This document shows, piece after piece, positions 1 to 8,338 of a stretch of DNA of 12,153 nucleotides (position 1 is its first letter; each line of letters begins with the position of its first letter). The DNA is taken from UHGV virus genome UHGV-0128831, one strand, 5' to 3'. The translations under genes were made by a program, and so were the position numbers. Origin of the DNA: a virus. The notes beneath the pieces are model-generated. The model was given only the letters and a program-made list of their open reading frames with translations, searched no databases and was not told the origin of the DNA.

Positions 1-49
1 CTACGGTGATAGGAGGGGAGACAATGATTCTATTCAGACGGACATGTCG

Positions 50-342
50 TCAGGCTGACGCCTCCCTGACAATTTTGTCAGCTCCAGACTCAGTGTCTGA
101 AGGCGAATTGTCCGCCGTTTTATTCGCTTGCATCGCAAAGGTGAGGCCAAATGTATTGATGCCACCTTCACTACGGGCAAAGGCATCTCCCCGGTGCATA
201 ATAGCGACGGCGCGCACAATCGACAGACCCAACCCATGATGGGCATCACTTCTTGCCCGGGAGGTGTCGATGCGATAAAACCGCTCATATACGTCGAGGT
301 TTTCTCTTCATCTTCTATAAGTAAAAGGCGCATAATATTCAT
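50..342 (-). pseudogene. Two-component-system remnant: response-regulator-like start fused out of frame to the C-terminal end of a sensor histidine kinase
   Basis: Own minus-strand translation. The frame from ATG at 340-342 reads MNIMRLLLIEDEEK (receiver-domain-like start) and then loses sense. A second frame, closed by a stop at 308-310 and open down to 50, reads ...VYERFYRIDTSRASDAHHGLGLSIVRAVAIMHRGDAFARSEGGINTFGLTF, resembling the F-box and G2-box (GLGLSIV) of a histidine kinase ATP-binding domain. Neither frame gives a full-length protein. Confidence 0.4.
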
Positions 343-373
343 TCCTCTCCATCAATGCTTTTAGGGCGCTGAG

Positions 374-769
374 TTATTTATCGAGTCCTTTATCTTGTAA
401 CCACGATGCCAGTATCCCGGCAATCTCCTGATTATTCTTTTCCGCCATCAGGAAATGAGAATTGCCTTTGATACCAATATCAGGAAGATGGACAAGGGTG
501 GCGTCTCCACCGTGACGATTGACTGTCATGACAAATTGCTTTGCCATTTCATATTCACTTCTCCATTTATCCGGACCAACGGCAGTATCCGGTTTTTCAG
601 CAATAAAATCGCCATAATAGATAACGATTGGGATTCGCGTGAGTTTGAGAAATTCATTCATGGGAACACCCATTGCGGAAGCACTCAAGGGGGCAAATGT
701 CGTCTTCACCGGTGCAGGCATCTCATTTTCCGGGAAGATAAATGGTGTTAAGACTTTCAGTATTACCAC
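374..769 (-). pseudogene. Alpha/beta-hydrolase-fold-like C-terminal fragment (N-terminal part missing)
   Basis: 131-aa ORF beginning with GTG. Sequence ...IPIVIYYGDF...HLPDIGIKGNSHFLMAEKN...ILASWL resembles the C-terminal region of alpha/beta hydrolases (catalytic His in a G-x-S-H-F context). The frame is closed by a stop at 779-781, so no room for the N-terminal nucleophile region. Family assignment is from motif resemblance only. Confidence 0.3.
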
Positions 770-1122
770 TCTGGTCCTTCATGCAGTAATAACCATATGA
801 AAAGAACAATAAGTTATATGGGAGTAAAAAGACAGTGATATAAATCATGGCTTCGGAGCCGTATAAAGAATATATCATTGGGATCCCCATCATGGAAAGC
901 TTTACTCCGGTGATGCCAACCTGACTGATGAACAGATCGCTAAATTACCTTTTGCGTTATATCGCCAGGGCTACGAGTACTACTGGAAAACCCACGCACA
1001 CCCAAACTCAACGTTTAAATACACCACGAGCAGTTTGTTAGACTTGATGAACTCAGAAATCACAACGTATTGATTTATCTGTGTGTGGATGTGAATGGTG
1101 AAGTAAAGGACCTTCACAGTCA

Positions 1123-1150
1123 ATTTAACATAATATACATTATGCGCACC
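1123..1150 (-). other. dif: dif chromosome-dimer resolution site (XerC/XerD target), reverse-complement orientation; prophage attL
   Basis: Window 1123-1150 is atttaacataatatacattatgcgcacc, the exact reverse complement of GGTGCGCATAATGTATATTATGTTAAAT, the E. coli dif 28-mer as I recall it (28/28). Confidence 0.85.
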
Positions 1151-1591
1151 AATGGTAAGGATGGCAGAATCTGGCGGGAATCGTTGACACTGGCCGTCAA
1201 CTGGCTACTATCGACAGTGATTCAAAATCATCCGTTTCTCCAAACGAATCAGAATCAAATGTCTGTCAGCAGTAAGTGAACGGCCTGACCTCACCAATCA
1301 GGCCTGTTCATCCAGTTAGTTGGTAAATCTGTACCTGATACACGAGAATCAAACACCACTTCTTCAGTGCCATCACCATGCTCCTGATGTGTCATGAATT
1401 TTTCCATGATAAGGCCCGATGAATGCTGCCGCGCCGAATCAGCCATAACGCTGAAAATGGAAACTGTACGGCTTGGCCAACCCCGGACAGCAACAAAACA
1501 AGTTTTGTCACTGACCGGCGTTATCTTTCAAAACAGACAGTTAACGATTTTTTGTCTGGTGTTTATGCGTGAAATTTCGTGCGTACGAAAT

Positions 1592-1840
1592 TCACCACCA
1601 ATAAACAAACGGACGATGACTGACCGGAAAAGCAATGCCGTCAGCATCATGACCACGCATTACCTGATTGAGAAGCCTTCTGACTTCACGGCGCTCAGGC
1701 CTGGTCATCATCATATTGCGATACCAGGACGGCGATTTATCAAACCATCTGGCACAACTGGCAAAATGTGAACCTACACGACGATAAGACTTAAGGCGGC
1801 CACCGGGAAGTCGGTCACGCGCCTTATTTTTTACAGACAT
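1592..1840 (-). CDS. Hypothetical small basic protein downstream of the secretin gene
   Basis: 82-aa ORF, Arg/Lys-rich. GAGGA lies about 9 nt upstream of the ATG (reverse complement of 1841-1857 is ...ttagaggatttatta). No family recognised. The overlapping plus-strand ORF 1394..1771 lacks an RBS and looks less protein-like. Confidence 0.35.
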   Translation of the reverse strand: MSVKNKARDRLPGGRLKSYRRVGSHFASCARWFDKSPSWYRNMMMTRPERREVRRLLNQVMRGHDADGIAFPVSHRPFVYWW

Positions 1841-1928
1841 AATAAATCCTCTAAGTAACTGAATACCTAGAAGATGTCGTACTGTTCATACCCCATAAAA
1901 GTTAACGCCATAATAAAAATCCATACAA

Positions 1929-3173
1929 TCAGTTCAGGTTGTCCCGGAACAGTTCACCGCTCCTCGCGGCGCTGCGGGGCGTCGCCCTGCTCCGGTCAAC
2001 CTTTCTGACCTGAAGCATCACCATAATATCAGTCTTGTTGCTTTCACTGGTACGGGAACCGAAGAAGCTCCAGCCGGAACTGGCCTTACTGTCTTTCTGT
2101 TCAGCAAGGCCACCAAGTAAAATAATATCACCATCTGCAAGGCTGACTTCGGTTGTTACATCACGCTTGATAAGGGTTGGCGAGTTATTGACGCCGGTTT
2201 CAGTGGTCACAAAGTTGGAAAGCTGCTGCTGAATCTTGAGATCCATTGTCCGACTTTTGATTGATGGCGTCACGTTAAACAAAACACCGCTGGAACGATA
2301 TTCAACGGATTGCGTTGTCGTATTGTTATTCACCGTAACACTGCCCAGTACTGGCACATCAGAGCCGACTGAAAAAGACGCTGAGGCATTATTTTTTACC
2401 CGCAGTCGTGGCGCACTGACAACAGTAAAACGACTGTCGGTTTTCAGCAGATTGAAAATGGCATCAATGGAGCCGGTTCGAATATTGATAAAATTATCCA
2501 GTCCGGCAGCACCAACTGAAATATTGAATTTATCAGACAGAATTTTAGCCGCTAAAAGAATGCCGGAGCCGTCAGACTGCGAGGTCTGAACCTCAAAAAC
2601 ATAACCAGAAACAACCACTTCATCACTCATCGTATCCAGCGAAGTGACCAGTGTTTTCAGGATGGCGATATCCTCTTTCGTACCATAATAAACCAGAATA
2701 TCACCGGTTCGATTGATGTAGTTGCTTGCCCCTGATGAACCTTTTAGCGAATCGTCAGAAATCACGGCTCCACTGTTATTGAAGGAGCCTGAAACGTAGC
2801 CGCCAAGAATATCAGACAGGTAGGCAACAGAACGGTACTGAGGCGTATAAGTCCATGTATAACGTGGCTTAACCGGCTCTTTCGGCGTATAGGGCGCGAT
2901 AAAATCAACACCCTTTTTCGTCCATATTCGAATGTTCATATTGCCAAGATAACGGGTTACAAATTCCCGTTCATCAATATCAGATGTTAACCTGAATGTA
3001 ATCATTCGTTCATCATTAACAAGCTGTGGATCTAGCATATACGGGACTTTAAGCACCTCACTGTAAATAAGAGAAATAGCCTCCGGTAGCTTGACTTTAT
3101 TTAATTCAAGCTCTGACCCTGCGAAAGCACATGAAGAAAATAGTAGCGTTAATGCGAGTAAAATCTTTTTCAT
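1929..3173 (-). CDS. Filamentous-phage pIV-like secretin (outer-membrane export channel)
   Basis: 414 aa with an N-terminal signal peptide (MKKILLALTLLFSSCAFA). C-terminal region DGDIILLGGLAEQKDSKASSGWSFFG...DIMVMLQVRKV resembles the conserved secretin C-domain motif. Its ATG overlaps the TAA of the upstream pI gene by 1 nt (TAATG at 3171-3175), and it is the last gene of the morphogenesis block, as in Ff phages. Confidence 0.65.
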   Translation of the reverse strand: MKKILLALTLLFSSCAFAGSELELNKVKLPEAISLIYSEVLKVPYMLDPQLVNDERMITFRLTSDIDEREFVTRYLGNMNIRIWTKKGVDFIAPYTPKEPVKPRYTWTYTPQYRSVAYLSDILGGYVSGSFNNSGAVISDDSLKGSSGASNYINRTGDILVYYGTKEDIAILKTLVTSLDTMSDEVVVSGYVFEVQTSQSDGSGILLAAKILSDKFNISVGAAGLDNFINIRTGSIDAIFNLLKTDSRFTVVSAPRLRVKNNASASFSVGSDVPVLGSVTVNNNTTTQSVEYRSSGVLFNVTPSIKSRTMDLKIQQQLSNFVTTETGVNNSPTLIKRDVTTEVSLADGDIILLGGLAEQKDSKASSGWSFFGSRTSESNKTDIMVMLQVRKVDRSRATPRSAARSGELFRDNLN

Positions 3174-4183
3174 TATTTTTTCCCCGTATAAAGCGTCACA
3201 CGCTCACCATCAATAATTCCGCTCATCAACATCCCTTTATAATTAAAACTGGATGCAGGAACGGCACGCAAAACACCGGCACCGTTAACAAGAATCACAA
3301 ACGCCCTGCCTTCACTGGTCATTCTCCCTGATATACGCCACTCGGTTGAAAGTGGCGGTTCAGCTGGTTCTGAGGGAGTAGCAGCGGAAGAACGAAACAT
3401 GGCCGCATCACGTACATCTGTTGTAGTCAAATCTGGCGAGGGATCGCTTCGGCCAAACGTGCTGAAAAATGAGTAAATCAGCCAGCCTGACCCGATAAAC
3501 ATCAATGGAAAAAGCACAAGAAAGAACCTGACTTTGCCAGAATTCCAGATGCTCTGGCGTTTATCTGTCTGCTTTTCATTACCGTTATTTCCTTCATAGC
3601 TTTTGTAAAGTTCAAAAATATCAGGGTTATATTTATTGCGATAACTGGTGACGAGGTTGCTTTTATAGATTTTGTGGCCTGAATATACGTCAATGCAGTA
3701 ATGATTATTCAGGCCCAACGCTTTCAGCTTGCGCATCCGGTAAGTTGTTTCTATTTTGTCTTTCAGAAAGCGAGCAATATTAGAAAGTGACTGATTTACA
3801 ATAACCAAATCACAGCTAATACCCGTTTCAGGGTGCGTAAAATGACGATGTTCAGCAATAAATGATTTCTTCTCAGCCGTCATATCCTTATCGCTACCGA
3901 AGATTCGCCATGCTTCATCAATAACAATTAAATCACCAAACTGGCAAAAGCTCCCTTCCCCACCTTTAAAAGGAAAGAAATCTGCTTTAAGCACATCATC
4001 ATTATCCACAACAATAATTTCTCCCGTTGCATCAGGATAACGTTCGGTGATTTTATCTTTTTGTAAACCATAAATGTTCGTCACAACTCTCCGGCCGCTG
4101 GTAAATGCCGGAATAATGACATTGCAAACGGCTTCATAACTTTTTCCTGAGCCGGGTATGCCAATATATGCAGAAATAGCCAT
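3173..4183 (-). CDS. Zot-like / gene I (pI) assembly ATPase
   Basis: 336 aa. N-terminal Walker A GIPGSGKS, Walker B-like LIVIDEAW, and a hydrophobic segment (FFLVLFPLMFIGSGWLIYSFF) in the C-terminal third, matching the pI/Zot topology. Located between the pVI-like and secretin genes. Confidence 0.85.
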   Translation of the reverse strand: MAISAYIGIPGSGKSYEAVCNVIIPAFTSGRRVVTNIYGLQKDKITERYPDATGEIIVVDNDDVLKADFFPFKGGEGSFCQFGDLIVIDEAWRIFGSDKDMTAEKKSFIAEHRHFTHPETGISCDLVIVNQSLSNIARFLKDKIETTYRMRKLKALGLNNHYCIDVYSGHKIYKSNLVTSYRNKYNPDIFELYKSYEGNNGNEKQTDKRQSIWNSGKVRFFLVLFPLMFIGSGWLIYSFFSTFGRSDPSPDLTTTDVRDAAMFRSSAATPSEPAEPPLSTEWRISGRMTSEGRAFVILVNGAGVLRAVPASSFNYKGMLMSGIIDGERVTLYTGKK

Positions 4184-4186
4184 AAC

Positions 4187-4474
4187 TCACCCTATAACAG
4201 GAATACGTCGAATAATAAAACGAGTAGCCATTGCGGAGATAATCATACTAATCCCCTGTGGTAATTTACTCAGGTTAATGAAGTACCAGAATCCGTCTGA
4301 TAAATTGGCAAACAGCGATGAGAGATTGCTTGAATCTGGCAGTAACTCAACAAGGATTTCAACGAAGCCCTGGACTACAAAATACAGCGCAAAGAATACG
4401 ACGAATTTAATAATCAATGACCGGAATACAAAACCTAACAAAGTATTTAATGCACTAATCAGAATCCCAAACAT
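4187..4474 (-). CDS. pVI-like minor coat protein (Ace-like small hydrophobic protein)
   Basis: 95 aa, strongly hydrophobic. AAGGAG RBS about 7 nt upstream of the ATG. Sits between the pIII-like and pI genes, as gene VI does in Ff and ace does in CTX-phi. Confidence 0.5.
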   Translation of the reverse strand: MFGILISALNTLLGFVFRSLIIKFVVFFALYFVVQGFVEILVELLPDSSNLSSLFANLSDGFWYFINLSKLPQGISMIISAMATRFIIRRIPVIG

Positions 4475-4486
4475 AGTTGCACTCCT

Positions 4487-6199
4487 TTAGGCACTCAGAA
4501 TAATACGGAGCGCAACAAATCCCCATATAATCAGAAATATGGTTTCTACGGCGCTTCTGTTCTGCTCAATTAACGGACAATGGGAGTCAATTCTGTACTG
4601 GTGATTAAACACGCTGAATTCAACAACGGGGCAGGATGCTGAACGAGAGCCGATGTTAAATTCGTTTGTAAAAGGCAACAAGTTAATAATTGGCGTTAAA
4701 ATATCTCTTGCCGTTGGCGTTTCTTCAAGCTCAGGCTCTTTTACACCGGGATCTTCTCCCAAATCTATATTGCCATTATTTCCAGTGTCAGATCCTGAGT
4801 TGTTATTAATGGTAATATCAATATTGACGTCAGCCCCTGCACTGTCAGATACAGGTGAAAGCATATCTAATAACGTTGGAGATAGCCTAAGTTCCGACAT
4901 CGCAGAAGTTACTTCAGCCGGTGAAACCTCTTTAAACGGTAAGCCGTTATAATCGGCATTAACGGCAGCTTCAGACCACAGCTCGTTAATCATGTCGGCA
5001 AGAAGTGCTGGCGATACACTAACACTATCAAGATACTCCAGATAATCAATCATGGACTCAATATTTCCGGCCTCCAGTACTTCCGTCATGGCTTTATATT
5101 TGGTATTGGTCCAGATAGTAAGCTCACTCTTTTCATCAATATCTTTTGTGGTGTAATCCTCTTTTTCAGGAACGGCGCAAATCGTCGAATATCCACCATT
5201 TGACTGATTAGTCGTTTTACAAGGCGTGTTGTGATACTGATATTGCTTTCCTGCTGTTAAATAAGCAACGCTGTAATACATGGGAAGCCCTGCTACATTT
5301 TCATACATGGGAATACCTGCGGGAAATGAAGATGCGGCCGGGTTGCTATACAAGTGTGTAATCTCAGGAATTTCATAAAATGAGGAAGGATAAGTAAACT
5401 TATAATTCTGTTCAGTAAAGGAGACATCTCCATTACTGTTGACAACTTTATTCGTCACAGTGCGTTCAAAATTCGTTAGTGTTTCAGTATAAGTACGCGA
5501 GTTATAGTCATTAAGATAATTTCTGGCAATTTCAGTTGGATTATCACCATAGTAATAAATTAGCTCTTTCGAATCCTGATAATAATAAAGTGCATTATCT
5601 GGCGTGGAATATCCTGTTTCAACACCTACAACTGGAGAACCCGCATCCACATTATTACGACTAACATGAAGGATTACCGGACTTAATTCCTGTGGTTCAA
5701 AATTAACGGTTATCGTCTTACTTTCACCACTTTGACCACTGTACGTTACTTCATATAAATTATCGGAAATCTTTTTACCGTTAGTCATTACCATTACCGA
5801 GCCGTCAGATGAACTCAAAGAAGACGGAACAAAAGATGATACAGCAGCAGCAATACCCGCCCACGTTGCAACACCGCTCATTTTGTATGATGAGGCAGCA
5901 GGCAAGTATTCGGCAGCATTAGCCGCAGCGCGGCCAACAAAAACACGGGTTGCTGTAAGCTGTGATGCCGTATAAATCGCATCATTGGCAGCAAAGCGAC
6001 GAACAAGCACCCGGCCAACGACTTTAGGAATAACAGCCCGCGCAGCCACTGCTGCAATTGCTGGTACAAATGAATATGAATATCGGGGAAAGGAAACCCA
6101 GAGAAAGGAAAAAATAAAGGAATAAACCGTCAGCCTCTTAGCCCAAGAATAACGACATAAGCTGAGACGATCCCCCATAAAAGGGAACCCAATTTCCAT
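4487..6199 (-). CDS. pIII-like adsorption / minor coat protein
   Basis: 570 aa. GGAGA RBS 7 nt upstream of the ATG at 6199. Gly/Ser/Asp/Asn-rich linker (...INNNSGSDTGNNGNIDLGEDPGV...) and a C-terminal hydrophobic anchor (ETIFLIIWGFVALRIIL). Follows the major coat gene. The exact start and the nature of the first ~105 residues are uncertain. Confidence 0.6.
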   Translation of the reverse strand: MEIGFPFMGDRLSLCRYSWAKRLTVYSFIFSFLWVSFPRYSYSFVPAIAAVAARAVIPKVVGRVLVRRFAANDAIYTASQLTATRVFVGRAAANAAEYLPAASSYKMSGVATWAGIAAAVSSFVPSSLSSSDGSVMVMTNGKKISDNLYEVTYSGQSGESKTITVNFEPQELSPVILHVSRNNVDAGSPVVGVETGYSTPDNALYYYQDSKELIYYYGDNPTEIARNYLNDYNSRTYTETLTNFERTVTNKVVNSNGDVSFTEQNYKFTYPSSFYEIPEITHLYSNPAASSFPAGIPMYENVAGLPMYYSVAYLTAGKQYQYHNTPCKTTNQSNGGYSTICAVPEKEDYTTKDIDEKSELTIWTNTKYKAMTEVLEAGNIESMIDYLEYLDSVSVSPALLADMINELWSEAAVNADYNGLPFKEVSPAEVTSAMSELRLSPTLLDMLSPVSDSAGADVNIDITINNNSGSDTGNNGNIDLGEDPGVKEPELEETPTARDILTPIINLLPFTNEFNIGSRSASCPVVEFSVFNHQYRIDSHCPLIEQNRSAVETIFLIIWGFVALRIILSA

Positions 6200-6224
6200 A
6201 ATTCAATCTCCATAATAACCTCAA

Positions 6225-6250
6225 GTAAAACGGGCGATATTGCATCGCCC
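6225..6250 (-). terminator. Candidate intrinsic terminator / attenuator downstream of the major coat gene
   Basis: Perfect 7-bp inverted repeat gggcgat (6232-6238) / atcgccc (6244-6250) with a 5-nt loop. On the minus strand the stem is followed by GTTTTAC. Placement right after the coat gene mirrors Ff phages. Confidence 0.45.
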
Positions 6251-6263
6251 ATGAATAATGAAT

Positions 6264-6497
6264 TTATGCGGATTTAACGGTACGCAATACCCAGCGAACG
6301 CCAGCGACACCGGCATAAAGTGTTACCAGTGAAGCAGCAACGGCCATAATCGCAACCAGAACTGTACTGAAATCAATGCTGTTCGTCAGCGGCGATAAAT
6401 CAACACCACTTGATGCCGCTCCTTCTGCAGCGAAAGTCGCGCCAGAAACAGCCATTAATGCAGGTACAGCCAGAAAACTAACGATTTTTTTAAACAT
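6264..6497 (-). CDS. Major coat protein (pVIII-like)
   Basis: 77 aa. Signal peptide MFKKIVSFLAVPALMAVSGATFA, then an acidic start to the mature protein (AEGAASSGVD), a hydrophobic core and a basic C-terminus (RWVLRTVKSA). GGAGA RBS upstream. Confidence 0.75.
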   Translation of the reverse strand: MFKKIVSFLAVPALMAVSGATFAAEGAASSGVDLSPLTNSIDFSTVLVAIMAVAASLVTLYAGVAGVRWVLRTVKSA

Positions 6498-6531
6498 AAC
6501 TCTATCTCCATTACATTTTAAAGGTTCGCAT

Positions 6532-6783
6532 TCAAGCAGTACGAACCATCTTTATTACCTGTCCCACACCTACAGAAAAAAGCCAGAGCAGCAGGACAGA
6601 GCCAAAACCTAATGTCCAGTAATTTCCCATTGCAGAATAATCAATTTGATGAAATGGTTCAGAACGTACCATTATTGCCTGACATTCTTTTGCATTGTTC
6701 GCATTACATAAATAACCTTCAATACGGTAACCATTTTCAGGAATATGATTATCAAACTGAATATCGAAACCTGATGTATCCAT
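6532..6783 (-). CDS. Small phage protein with a C-terminal transmembrane segment (possible minor coat or assembly protein)
   Basis: 83 aa with hydrophobic stretch WTLGFGSVLLLWLFSVGVGQVI. Start lies 2 nt after the stop of the upstream gene. Sits between the ssDNA-binding-like and coat genes. No family recognised. Confidence 0.4.
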   Translation of the reverse strand: MDTSGFDIQFDNHIPENGYRIEGYLCNANNAKECQAIMVRSEPFHQIDYSAMGNYWTLGFGSVLLLWLFSVGVGQVIKMVRTA

Positions 6784-6785
6784 AA

Positions 6786-7103
6786 TCAGCCTTTTATTTC
6801 AGTAATGCCGCCATCTGATGAAATGTTATAAGTTACTCCTTCCCTCCCCTCCATTGACCAGACGCGAACATATACAGGTATCTGGACTAACTTACCGATA
6901 AAATTATTTGCCTGATTCATTACACCGGCATTAACAAGAGCCTGAGATACACGAATAATAATCTGGTCTTGCTTAGTGCCGCCAAAACCATCAGGAATCT
7001 CTAAGCCAACACCAATTTCATTATAGTATCCCTGACCATTGACCTTATTACGCTGGCGAGCACCAAGCATTTTACCTTTTACAAAAAGACCATAATTAGA
7101 CAT
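6786..7103 (-). CDS. Putative ssDNA-binding protein (gene V / RstB-like), assigned by position
   Basis: 105 aa, directly downstream of the replication gene. AAGGAGAG RBS embedded in the 3' end of the rep gene. Gly-rich. Assignment is positional, not from a recognised motif. Confidence 0.4.
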   Translation of the reverse strand: MSNYGLFVKGKMLGARQRNKVNGQGYYNEIGVGLEIPDGFGGTKQDQIIIRVSQALVNAGVMNQANNFIGKLVQIPVYVRVWSMEGREGVTYNISSDGGITEIKG

Positions 7104-7114
7104 ATCACTCTCCT

Positions 7115-8167
7115 TTAATGCCAGTTACTGGCATGTGAAATACGGTTATAATCGAAAATTAAACCTTTCTCATAAACCCATGATGGAATTTTGGCTGGTT
7201 TGGCTTCAAGAGTACGAACCAACGGAACAACGTTATTAGAATCCGGTGACTCACAATAAAAGTTAATATCTATTCCGAAAGAAAGTAATTCTTTACGGTG
7301 TCGGTAGAATGTAGGTTTCGGTAACATCTCTTTCATGTTCGCGCCCTGCTTCCACAATAAATATGTAGACTGTATTTTTCTTGGGAGATTAATTATTTTT
7401 TCATCAGTTAATATAGTATTTTGATTCATTTCTATTCTCCCTACATAGTCAGAGAATAATTTATTGGGCGTCTCAATATTCCAGCTATTACCAAGCGTAA
7501 GATTCAAATCAATTAATTCAGTTGTTCTTAATGTTAATTCAATGCGTAATTTATCTTTTGACCAGTCCAGTAAACCAGCTTTAACGAATTCGTCTGCCAT
7601 CTGGTGCCCTTTTTTGCCAGATGTATGCTCATCATATTTTGAATAAAATTTCAGGCTCCAACGACGGGAGTTTTTCCCTAAGTAAACAGTGCCACCTTTA
7701 CTACAGGCGCGACCGTGGCGAGTTTTAGCTTTAAATTCTGCGGCATATAACCATGCGCGGACATTTTCTAATGTTGACAATGAATACATGTAATTGATAT
7801 CGATGCGCGAGATCTTAAATTGCCCTTTCATGACCTGCCGATAGGATGGTAGATCATGAGGAATATGCAGTAATGCCAATATTCTGGCGTAAGCTGTTAA
7901 CACCAACCCTTGCAAATCGTCGGAACCGATAACAGAGTGACCTTGCAAAAACTTTGATGGATTACCGTCAATGTAGAGATGTGTTGCCCGACCTTCACCA
8001 TCAGATCCAACAGACCTTACTTTCATTGTGGACTCATGCGAACCGCGAACGGTCAACCGTTTTACTGTTTCCCACTCCACTGCACCGTCAGCATCGACGC
8101 TGACGACACTACCAGCCGGTAACGGTCGGTGTGTGCAAGGCAGGATTCCGGTAAACCAGTCGATCAT
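7115..8167 (-). CDS. Rolling-circle replication initiation protein (gene II / RstA-like)
   Basis: 350 aa. First gene of the minus-strand phage operon, divergent from the regulator. N-terminus MIDWFTGILP... and overall size resemble filamentous-phage replication initiators as I recall them. Confidence 0.7.
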   Translation of the reverse strand: MIDWFTGILPCTHRPLPAGSVVSVDADGAVEWETVKRLTVRGSHESTMKVRSVGSDGEGRATHLYIDGNPSKFLQGHSVIGSDDLQGLVLTAYARILALLHIPHDLPSYRQVMKGQFKISRIDINYMYSLSTLENVRAWLYAAEFKAKTRHGRACSKGGTVYLGKNSRRWSLKFYSKYDEHTSGKKGHQMADEFVKAGLLDWSKDKLRIELTLRTTELIDLNLTLGNSWNIETPNKLFSDYVGRIEMNQNTILTDEKIINLPRKIQSTYLLWKQGANMKEMLPKPTFYRHRKELLSFGIDINFYCESPDSNNVVPLVRTLEAKPAKIPSWVYEKGLIFDYNRISHASNWH

Positions 8168-8338
8168 AAGTAGTCACACCCATCAAAATATGTGTCAATA
8201 GTCATTTGTGAGCAGATTGAATGGTCACAATGTAATATGCTCAGATCTGACAGTCAATACATTTGCAATGTTTAAATTGTCAGAAATGAGCATCAAATCT
8301 AACTATTGAAAAACCACTGTTAAGATGGAGCCAAGTAG
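8168..8338. promoter_or_regulatory. Divergent promoter/operator region between the rep operon and the regulator gene
   Basis: 171-bp AT-rich intergenic region. Repeated GTCAATA (8194-8200 and 8253-8259); inverted repeats tctgaca (8246-8252) / tgtcaga (8278-8284) and tgagca (8209-8214) / tgctca (8239-8244); a TTGACA hexamer on the minus strand (complement of 8193-8198). Confidence 0.45.

Noticed and set aside
328-336. A 9-mer gcgcataat matching part of the dif XerC arm, in the opposite orientation to the two att sites, overlapping the response-regulator-like start
   Set aside because: Only 9 contiguous matches (8/11 of the arm) with no recognisable central region or XerD arm; a 9-mer has a non-negligible chance of occurring in 12 kb. 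Possibly an older decayed att site, but not supportable from the sequence alone.
6-751. Plus-strand ORFs 6..239, 128..364 and 455..751 in the left flank
   Set aside because: All are antisense to the minus-strand gene fragments, which carry recognisable kinase and hydrolase-like motifs; the plus-strand ones do not.
1070-1279. ORF 1070..1279 (+) spanning the dif site
   Set aside because: It runs straight across the 28-bp dif core and the chromosome-prophage junction, has no RBS, and is most likely a chance open frame.
1394-1771. ORF 1394..1771 (+) overlapping the small minus-strand ORF 1592..1840
   Set aside because: No RBS and a Cys/Arg-rich junk-like translation; the minus-strand ORF has a GAGGA RBS and a more protein-like sequence.
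2035-2589. Plus-strand ORFs 2035..2232 and 2236..2589, antisense to the secretin gene
   Set aside because: They lie entirely within a longer, well-supported minus-strand gene; no RBS and no recognisable protein features. Likely shadow ORFs.
3131-3693. ORFs 3131..3331 (+) and 3502..3693 (-) overlapping the pI/Zot gene
   Set aside because: One is antisense and the other is an alternative frame inside the Walker-ATPase gene; no independent support.
4158-4952. ORFs 4158..4490 (+) and 4653..4952 (+), antisense to the pVI-like and pIII-like genes
   Set aside because: Low-complexity translations, no RBS, fully overlapped by better-supported genes.
5878-6069. ORF 5878..6069 (-) in an alternative frame within the 5' part of the pIII-like gene
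   Set aside because: Leu/Gln-rich, nonsense-like translation; the RBS-supported frame starting at 6199 is preferred, though the true pIII start remains uncertain.
7464-7646. ORF 7464..7646 (+) inside the rep gene
   Set aside because: Antisense to the replication initiator gene; no support.
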